Of a DNA stretch of 64,000 bases, positions 13,301 through 23,500 are shown piece by piece. The translations under genes and the position numbers were made by a program. Within the stretch, counting starts at the first letter, position 1. The number at the start of each line of letters is the position of its first letter. Source of the stretch: Nymphaea colorata (taxonomy: Eukaryota); assembly GCF_008831285.2 (NCBI RefSeq), contig NC_045138.2, positions 31,806,001-31,870,000 on the forward strand, in the 5' to 3' direction. The notes below the pieces were generated by a model. The model was not told the origin of the DNA. It saw nothing but the letters and a program-made list of their open reading frames with translations, and made no database searches.

Positions 13301-16300
13301 AAGTATAGAACATTTTATTGGAGTCCATGTGCCACTCATTGTGTTAATCTAATGCTTCAAGATCTTAATGAGATGCATGATATGAAATCAGCCATTGACC
13401 AATGTCAAGAGGTAACAAAATTTATCTATAATCATGCATATGTATTGAGTTTGATGAGAAAATTTACAAAAGGAGTTGAATTAATACGACCTGCACAAAC
13501 TAGATTTGCCACAAATGTATTGACTGTGCAGAGTGTGGTGAAACAAAGAACTCCTTTGAGACAGATGTTTGCTAGTGAAGAATGGGCTGCATATCCACAT
13601 GCTCATAAAAGAAATGCTTCTTTAGTTGTGGATATTATATTCAATAACGTATTTTGGGAATCATGTGTGAAGCTATTGAAGGTTTGTGTTCCATTAGTTA
13701 AGGTTCTCAGGTTGGCTGACAGCGAGGACAGACCTTCTATAGGGTACTTATATGAGGCTATGGACAAAGCAAAAGAGGCAATTCGAGACAACTTAAAGGA
13801 AAAGAAAAAGTTATATATGCCCATATGGAAGATTATAGATAAAAGGTGGACTGGACAGCTTCATCAACCTCTTCATGCAGCAGCTTATTATCTAAATCCT
13901 GCAATTAGATTTTCTCCTACATTTAAGAAGGACAGAGAAGTCATGCATGGTTTGTTAGATTGTATTAATGTGTTAGTGGAAGATTCTACAGAACAAGATG
14001 CTGTGCACAATGAGTTGGATCTATATGATAGTTGTTTTCGGAACATGGGACTACCTGCCGCCGTTCGAGCCAGGACAACGATGCGTCCAGGTAAATACAT
14101 AGAAATTTTTAATTTACTTTGCATTTGTTACATTTGATTCTTTTAAAACTTTCACATTGATTTGTTATATTTTTGTTTAGATTTGTGGTGGAATAGGTAT
14201 GGGTTTGATTGTCCAAACCTAGCACGTTTTGCAGTCAAAGTCCTCAGCCAGACATGCAGTGCTAGTGGATGCGAAAGGAACTGGAGTGTGTTCCAACATA
14301 TCCATAGCAAAAAAAGGAATAGGCTCGAACATAAAAGGTTGAATGACCTTGTCTTTGTTCGATATAATATGAGGTTGAAACAAAGGTAATATAGGCATAT
14401 ACCTTAATTAATGTTTACATTTTTATGTACAATATATTTATATGAAATTATATACTAACAAATTTTCTCTTATTTAATGTAGAGAATTAGAAAAATCATT
14501 AGCAAGGAAGCACACATCTCAGTTCGATCCTATCAGCTTGGAAAATTTTGACGATCTAGAGCCATGGATTGAAGAAGAACCAACTACAATATTTGATGAT
14601 GAAGATCTTGAATGCTTCAACCTTGAAGTTGAAGCAACAGAAGGCTTTGTTGATGAAGGAGAGTCTGCTACTGCTGGTGCTGGTGCTGAATATGTTGGTG
14701 AAGATCTTCCAATTCTTGACGATGAAGAAGAAGAAGAAGATGAAGATGAAGATGATGAAGATTATGAATGATGAATCATGAATGAGAGTCAAGTCAAGAG
14801 TGCTTTCATTTTATATGTATCAAAAACTTAAGAGTTATGAATCTATGGTTGTTGAACACTTGATTGAATGTTTTATCATTTATGACTTTATCACTTTATG
14901 GCTTATGGCCTTATGCTTTGTTGAATGATATTGTATTATTGTTATGAATTTTGATGTTTATGAATGATGAACGCGTAAGTTTATAGCAATAATAAGTCTA
15001 TCATTATCTCAAACATGTTTTCTATGAACAATTTATTATTTTTAATTTTTTCTGATTTTTTTATGAATTTTCCGAATTTTTTTAAATTTTTTCTGATTTA
15101 TTAATAATTTTTTTAAAAAATTTACGATACGGTTACGATACGTTACGATACGGCGTATCTTAAAGCCCGACCGATATGGCTTACGATACGCGTTTTACAA
15201 CATTGATTTGACGTTTCCATATCAAATAATTGGTATGATTTAGCTTTTGTGAGATGAGTTGGGAGAGAAAATTGGACGACAAGATGCTGGAATTGCGGTG
15301 GGGATCCATAAATGCAATAATCAGAAAATAGGGGAAAAATAGAAATTTTGAGATTAGGGTTAGGTGGTTGACGGTAGGGCAGACAATAGGATTCGGGCAG
15401 ATGGTAGGGTTAGGGCAGACGGTAGGATTAGGGTAGACGATAGGATTCGGGCAGAAAATTTGGGGATTAGGGTTAGGGCAGAAATTTGGGGATTAGGGCA
15501 GAAAATAGAGATTTGAGGATTAGGACAGAAAAGAAACAAAGATTAGGACAGAAATTAGAGATTCTTACCGAACATTCTCAGTGGCAAAACCTTGCTCTGA
15601 TACCATGTAAGATTTTGATATCCAATACCAAACCACCGAATGAACTTAGATGCAAGAAGAGGAAGAGAGAAGTGGGCAGCATGTCCAAGCAAGAGAAAGA
15701 TGAAAGAGAGCAGCAACCAATGACGTCTGCCTCTTGTTATCATTATATACTAAACATGATTTAGGGTACATCATAAAATACACAAAATAACAATAAGATT
15801 TACAAGTATGCCACTGCCCATGATGTGTTGGGCGTGTGGATCAAATGGGTCGGGTCTGGGTGACCCGATCCATATGTACAAACTTAACACCCATAAATTC
15901 AAAAAGTTAGCTGTATTAAAAGTCTCTACAGTTTAGACCGGTTCCCTCTGCAGTGCAATTTGAACTGAAGTCCTTGATTTATGTATGAGTGGTCTACTAT
16001 ATAAAATAATAAATAATTCCCATACGACACAAAGACCAGAAATATACCATGCAATCTGTGTCCTTGATAATTATGAATAACAACAAATATTCCTAGGTTA
16101 TTTTGCCATAAATGATAGGAGAAACACTAACCTGAAGGTTTCTGGATCATTAGGATTTCCAAAAAGGGAATGCTTCCATGGAGGCCCATCATTATCGCTG
16201 AATGATTTCACTACATTGACCTGCATGCAATATGTTAAGTTGTTCAAATTGCTCAACTTTTAAGATTGAATTAAGATTGACAGGGAAGAATGCTGTCTAA

Positions 16301-16799
16301 CTCAAGGACAAGCTCTCTCTCTCTCTCTCACGTGTTTTCATTTGTTCAAATAGCCTGTTCAGTGTTAAGCTATGCACATCAGAAAATGTGTCTACTAAAT
16401 GAAAAACTATCTCCAAATGAAAAGCTACCTACTAGTATCTACAAGTACTCCAACTTTAAAAAGTGAAACTACTTTCATGGGAAGTCTAAGTAGCATGAAA
16501 AGAAATTATTCAGAATGTTTACTTCAGGTGAAATTTTGGCCATCATGCACCAACCCACAAACATGGCAAAAATATCACTTGCCCTACAACTGCAAAGGCT
16601 TAAAAACCAAGAAAAAAAAGGGGCCAGTTCTGGAGGGTGAAAGGCTATTATCAAAAGAAAAGATATGATGACCAAAGTGAGACTACTGCTTCCATTTAAT
16701 ACTTTATGCCTGCGATAATTAAAATTTGTACACTAATAAAGTGAAATTAGTTTCACAGGTATGGCTTGCAGGGAGTATGCATGCATGTATGTTATGCAT

Positions 16800-16861
<62 letters not shown>

Positions 16862-17426
16862 CGTCTTTCACCATGCAATGTCCAGCTGAGCATCACATGG
16901 ATGCCCACTTTTTTGCTTTTAAAACAATAAAAAAAAGAAGAAAGAAAGGACGCTCGACGCTTCGTTGAGAGAGGAGGTGATACCTCCCTTCCCATCAGCG
17001 AGAAGGGGGAGGCCGGTCGCCTCCCCCCTCACCATTGGTGACCTAATGCCACCTTGCTATGGCTAGCAGACCTGCTGGCAAAGGCAAGATGGTGGCAGGT
17101 CACCAGCGGCGAGGGGAAGGCAACCAGCCTCTTTTTTTTTCTATTTATTCATGTTTAAAAAAAAAGGAAAGCAGGGGAGGCTGTTGTCTCGTCGGCGAGA
17201 GCAGGGCAGTGGGAGGTGAGGCAACAACTTCCCCTGCTTCAGCCCTTATCATTAAGGAAGGTAAAAAAAAAAAAAAAAGGAGGCCGTCACCCCCTCCTTC
17301 TTAAACAGGCAGCAGCAATGTCACCACCCTTCCAGCACTCAAAGCCTTTTCTTTCATTTTTTAATAAAAAAAAATGAGCCGTCTGCATGGACAGCCCAAA
17401 TGAGCCGAGCATTTTGCTCAGCTGGG

Positions 17427-17515
<89 letters not shown>

Positions 17516-20500
17516 CAGTAACTAATGAACAACCAAATAATAATTAAAATTAAACAGAGTTAAATGTAAAGCAATCTAAAGCAACAAATGAATGATCTTA
17601 TAAAAAACAAAATAATGATTCGGTGAATAAGCAAACGCAACACAATCAAGAGACAGATTAATTAAATAAGGCAGTGCAAGTGTGAGCTGCATTATGGAGG
17701 GAAAGTTTTACGAGAACTAAAAAAAAGGCTAAAGAATTTTTTGTTAAAAAATGGACGTGCTCAACTTTGATAGAGCCTAGGCTCTGGACAAACCAACAAA
17801 CAAAGCCTTGCATGCAGTCAGGACCCTTTTTGTTGGCTCAATCAAGTCTTGTGCGCACTCAGAAGTGGACAAAACTAGTTGTGTGCAGCTGACTTCACCT
17901 GACTCATTTGACTTCAAAATTTGGTGCACCCATGGCACACTCGCACCTGAGATGAGTTGACTCTGGTGCAAATCTGCTTCAATGAGCCTATGTGAAGTAG
18001 ATATGAACCTTTAACAACTAAAAAGGTATGCTAGGGGTGGACAGAACCAATGCATTGCACCTGTATTATTACACGAGAGGAAAATTTGACGAGGTCTTCT
18101 TCAGATAGCTTTATTGAGGCACTCCTTCCACGCATGCTTTTTAAGACGAGTTTTGCTGATTCCCCAGCTCTATGACGTGCTGACAACCCTTCTTCAAAGT
18201 GCAACTGAACATAAAAAGGCATTAAACTGATTAATGAATATTATAGACAAAAAAAAAAGAAGAAAAAGGCCAAGCAAGCATAGTAAGGAGATTTTCCCTT
18301 ATTAAACAATTCAACCAACGGTGCGTATAGTTACCAAGGGCAAAAACAGATCATAAAAGAATTCTACAACAACTAGACAATGATTGCTTCAACAAATTTC
18401 AACCAACCTGAAGAATCCAAATTAAGCCTCACCTTGGCATTTTCCAAATGCTTAGTAGCTTCGTCTTGAGAACATGAATTCATGAACAACTGGATGCAAC
18501 AAAGCCCAGCAGCAACATGGTCCTTCTTGAGAACCTGTTTTTATCACAAAGTCAAACCAAGAATAAACTATAAGTAGACTTAAAGTTTTTGAGCTATAGT
18601 AAATATATGATGTAAAGATCTAGCATGCAACACATTCTTTCCAACCTATACATTATTGGAATCACTTATTTGAACAAGCAAAAATTATGTGAAGGCAAAC
18701 ATAACAACGTTCAATAATTGCAACCTTGGAAAGATAGAGGACATTGGATGAATTTCATACCAAGAATAAACTTAAGTAGACATAAAGTTTCTCGGTTACC
18801 ATAAAATAAGTGTTACAGATATCACGATATTTTCAAAAATATCACGAAATTATCGAAAACATAAGAAAAGCGAAAAAAAGAGAAAAAATCGTGATATTTT
18901 GAAAAAAATCGGGAAACTTTTGTTTTTTCGCGATTTTTTCATGACTTTTTCGTGATTTTTTCATTTTTCTATTTTTAGCATTGATATTATCATGGATTTA
19001 AATATAGACTTAAAATAAATTATTTTCATCATTTTTATTATCATTAAAACATTCCTTTTATCACTGCTATACAGTTTTATTTATGTTTTCCTGTTAGTTT
19101 CTCATTTATTTCATTTCTGCCTATTTTTTATTTTTTTTAAAATTTTCGAGTTTTTCCCGAGATTTTCCCGAAGAATACATCTTCGCCATTAAAAACCTGA
19201 GAAAAATCTCACCATTAAAAGCCCAAGAACGATATTTGTGACAACGCTGTAAATCTATAACTAAGAGATCTACAACGTCAACATATTTTTACCAACCTAT
19301 GCATTACTAAATACTGGTATTTGAACAAAGAAAATGTGAAGACAAAGCTGGAAACTTTCAATATTCAATCTCGGAAAGATACACAGGTGTTGGATGAATT
19401 TAAGCGATGTGCTATGGCAAAACCTAGGGATTCAATAAGAATTTCCAGTTCAAGAAGATAGATCAGACAGGATGGAACATAGACATCAATTTCTAACACA
19501 CCCACCCCCATAGGGCACCCAACTCGGGTGCGGCAACCTACTTTGAGCAGCCAGGTGAGATAGGGTGAAAGCATTCTAGCTTGATTCAGATTGCCTAACT
19601 GAATTCTACAATCAACCTATGGAAACCGAATAGCAGTCGATCTTTTTCAGGGAAAAAAGTTGTAAAATGCCCTAATCCATTGGGTTGTGAGCAAGATTTG
19701 CACACGTCATATAACAAACTCTGAAACTCACAAATTTTCAAATTTAAATCCAAAAAGAGTTTAGAAAAAATCATAATAAATATGCAAAAAATCATATTCC
19801 ATTGAAACACATATTGACACCAAGATGAAACCAAAATTTGACATTTAAATGGCTATGAATGACATAAAACAATAAAAAGGACGTGCAACAAGCAACATTT
19901 CCCTTTTATGATTCAAAATACCTATTAATTGATTAAGTTGCTTTCAAATTTCAATATTAACATCAAGTAAATAAAATTTAGTGTGTGTAACTTGCTCTGT
20001 GAAGTCTTCAACAACTCAATGGCCATAAAATTTCAAGTATTTTAATTTTGAGGGCAGGGATAGGATCCTATACAAAGAAAGCATCACAGCCTTCATTTTT
20101 CTGCACAAAGTAAGCTTTTTCTTTTTTGCTTCAAATGTAAAAGGATACAATTCATGACAAACTTAACATTTAGCCTTAAGGAACTTACGTAATTTCAATT
20201 TCTTTTCTTTTTTTTTTTAATATCATGCTGCAACATAAGATACACCTGCCATTGTATCGTAATTTAATATATGCTTTTGTATCATAAATTACACACAGTA
20301 TGGTGTAGTTACAACCCTCAAAGGAGTATATAATATCAGTTTCCCCATAGTTACGACATGTATCATATTGTATGCTGTGTTACATTATAATACATATAAT
20401 ACATAAAAACATAGCAGAGAAGGGTTCAAAGGGAAGAAATTTGGCAGTTGGCTGCCAATACTGGATATCCGAAACCAAAGTGAAGAAATGGACAAAATTT

Positions 20501-23500
20501 GTATACTGATGGATAGATCAAGTATCTTTTGGAATTTTCATTCTATAGGTGTCTTATGGCCCCAAAAATTGCCCCGAAACAAAATATCTTACGAAAACCA
20601 GGCCCATCATCCATGGTCAAGATTTTGTTTTTTCTTGTTATCTTTGGCCTTTGGACATGATTCATGTGTAAGATAAAGAAATATTTATAGTCAATGTGTG
20701 GCATGAAGGAGGGGAGCTGACCAATGAACTTCAGGTATAGTGATATATTCCAAAACTTGAGTGTCAAACCTGATAATAAATCCAGGACCTAAATCTTGTA
20801 TAGAAGATTTATCAACCAATTATTTGGGGATCTGTGTACTTACAAGTGCCATGTATATGGCCATAATGGATGGAAGGTATCTGCTATGGGAGGAAGGTGA
20901 ACAAAGTAAAATATGGAGCTCTTACTGCCAAAACTTGTCCAAGGAGCTTAGAGTTCTGGATTAGAAAATATTTTGTGATAAATCTAATGGCTGAAGGGAA
21001 GAAACATGTATTTGGCAACGATTCAGCCACGTAGAGGCTTGACATAACTCTGAATGAACTGAAACCTTTGTTTTGTGTTAGAATATGTTGTTGTGGGAAC
21101 CGGGTCCATATCTGGACCCGGTTCTATGGGGCGCGGGTACCGAGGCGGGCTCGGTACCCTAGGCGGCTTCTCCTCTCTCCCTCTATATATTGTCACTTAT
21201 GTGTAAATGTTGAATTAAGTGGAATAACATTTTCTCTCTCCTAGGGTTGCGGTTGTGCACCTAGGTTAGAGCTTCTCCGTGGTTTTTCACCTCTCTTTGA
21301 GGTTTTCCACGTATATTGTGTGTTCCTTCTCTTTCTCTCCATCTTGGTGTGTGTTTCTACATGGTATCAGAGCCAACGCGTGAGAGATCGTTGGTGTGAT
21401 AGTCGTGTTTCCGCCGTTTTTTTGTCGTTGCTGTTTCCTCCGGTTTTTTCTCTGCCGCTGCTGCGCCGTCGCTCTCTGCTGCGCCGCCGCCGTCCAGCAC
21501 TGCCAGCTGCGCCGCCACCGTCCAGCGCTGCCAGCTGCGCCGCCATCGTCCGGCGCGGTTGTTCTCTGCTGCGTTGCCACTGTCCATCACTGCCGTCGCC
21601 CACTTCAGCGCTGCCGCCGTCCTGCGCCACCGCTGCCCATCGCCGTTGCCGTCCATCGTTCCCAGCGCCGCCCAGGAACGTCGCCGCCTGCCTTCCGTAG
21701 CCGCTGCCTCATTCCCGTCGCCTCTGCCTAGTCCTCGCCGCTGTGCCTCTTGTTGCTGTGTGCGTGGTTGTGATGGCAGACGCGATGGGGACTCAAAAAG
21801 ATGCCGTTCTTGACGCGGGCAGCGCTTCCAAGACTGAGAACGTGCCGATCCAGGTCACCTCCATCCGTCTGACCAAGGACAATTACCTATCTTGGTCTGC
21901 CGCTCTCGAGATTGGGATTACTAGCCGTGGGCGTCTCTCTTACATCACTGGCGACAAACCTGCGCCCATCAAATCTGATCCTCATTGGGCAACGTGGGCG
22001 TTGGAGGACAGCCAAGTGAAGGTATGGATTATCAGCTCTGTGTCCTCCGATATCCAGCCACTCATTCTGCGGAAGCCGACCTCTTTTGATATGTGGACTG
22101 TGCTTGCGAAGATGTATGGTCGCAAGAAGAGACATCTGCGCACCTATCAGATTAAACGCAGTATTTACTCCCTGACACAGGGTGATTTGTCTGTTGCTGC
22201 CTTCTATGCTGCCCTGAAGACCAAATGGGAGGAGCTAGATTATCATGTGACTGATGAGTGGAAGTGCGGTTCAGATCATTCCCTCTACTGGGAAAAGGAA
22301 TGGATGGACCGTACGTTTTTGTTTCTGGGAGGCCTGCGAGATGAATTTGAGTCTATTCGTAGCCAGATTCTTAATGGTGATGAGATTCCGGGGATAGAGG
22401 AAGTATATGCCCGAGTTGAGTCTGAAGAACAACGTCGCCAGGTGATGCATCTTGACACCGGTCATGGCCCTTCTGCCTTTGTCAGCCGTGCCTCTGGGAC
22501 TGGGCAGCGTCCTGCCCGGCATTGCACTCATTGCAACAAGTTGGGGCATTCGGTGGATTTCTGTTGGGATATTCATCCCGAGAAGAGACTGGTCAGAGGT
22601 CGTCCTCCCTCTGGCAAGCGTAGCCCTTCTGTGTCTGATTCCAGTCAGAGCAATTCTTCTAGTGGTGCAAAGTCCAAGTTGTCCCCTGCTCAACTCAAGG
22701 AGCTACAGGCGTACATCAGCCGCCTATCTACTACCCCTGAGGAGTCCTCCACGTCTGAAGGGGCTCAGCTAGCCCAAGCCCTCGTTGCCTCGACTGATCA
22801 AGGTAACCCTTCTCTTGGTGATTGGATTGTTGATAGTGGAGCCACTCACCACATGACAGGGGACTCTAAACTCTTTCAAGAATATCAACTTTCCTCTGGC
22901 AAGCAACGCGTGTCTATGGCAGATGGGTCTTCTATCTCTGTGGCTGGGAAAGGGAGCTTGTCCCTGTTGAACAAATACCGTCTCCACAATGCCTTGCATG
23001 TTCCAAATATTCCTGTGAACTTACTCTCTGTCAGCAGTATTACTAAAGAATTAAACTGTAATCTGATTTTCTCTGCTGATCACTGTTCCCTGCAGGACTT
23101 GGTGACGGGGAAGAAGATTGGGATTGGTTCGGTTACTGATGGGCTCTACAGATTGCCGGTGCAAGTTGCTTCAGCATTGATTTCTGCCACGAGTGGTCAC
23201 TTGTCTGGTGTGAATGATAGATCTACTGTTCTGCGATGGCACGAGCGTCTTGGACATCTCCCATTTCAGTTAATAAAGAAGTTGTTTCCTCATTTGTTTG
23301 CTTCTGTCTCCATTGACTCATTCGCTTGTGAAGTGTGTCAATTGGCTAAACATGTCAGGGCTTCGTACCCTATCTCATTGAATAAAACCACTCATCCGTT
23401 TGCCTTAGTTCATTCCGATGTTTGGGGTCCTTCTGGAGTACCCACGTGTGGTGGTTGTCACTATTTTTTGACGCTTATTGATGATTACTCTAGATGTACG

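Larger units (their letters stand above)
7270..15889 (-). mobile_element. Copia element B (degenerate), interrupted by a hAT transposon
   Basis: LTRs 15606-15889 and 7270-7545 (~16 mismatches in ~276 bp); TSD CCCAT at 7265-7269 and 15890-15894; PBS at 15594-15605; order gag-PR-INT-RT-RH; several in-frame stops. Confidence 0.95.

Noticed and set aside
15350..15560. Interstitial telomere or chromosome fusion scar
   Set aside because: Repeats are interspersed with other sequence and lie inside a Copia leader bounded by LTRs and a TSD.
20200..20415. Decayed MITE related to the hAT at 11690
   Set aside because: Only scattered gtatcgta/tacgac-like words; TIR and TSD not demonstrable.
21362..21374. 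tRNA gene fragments (TGGTATCAGAGC, several sites)
   Set aside because: Primer-binding sites complementary to the tRNA-iMet 3' end, not tRNA genes.
21287..21813. Cluster of overlapping GC-rich ORFs as genes
   Set aside because: Low-complexity GCC-rich leader of element C with a 28-bp repeat; stop codons are scarce by composition.
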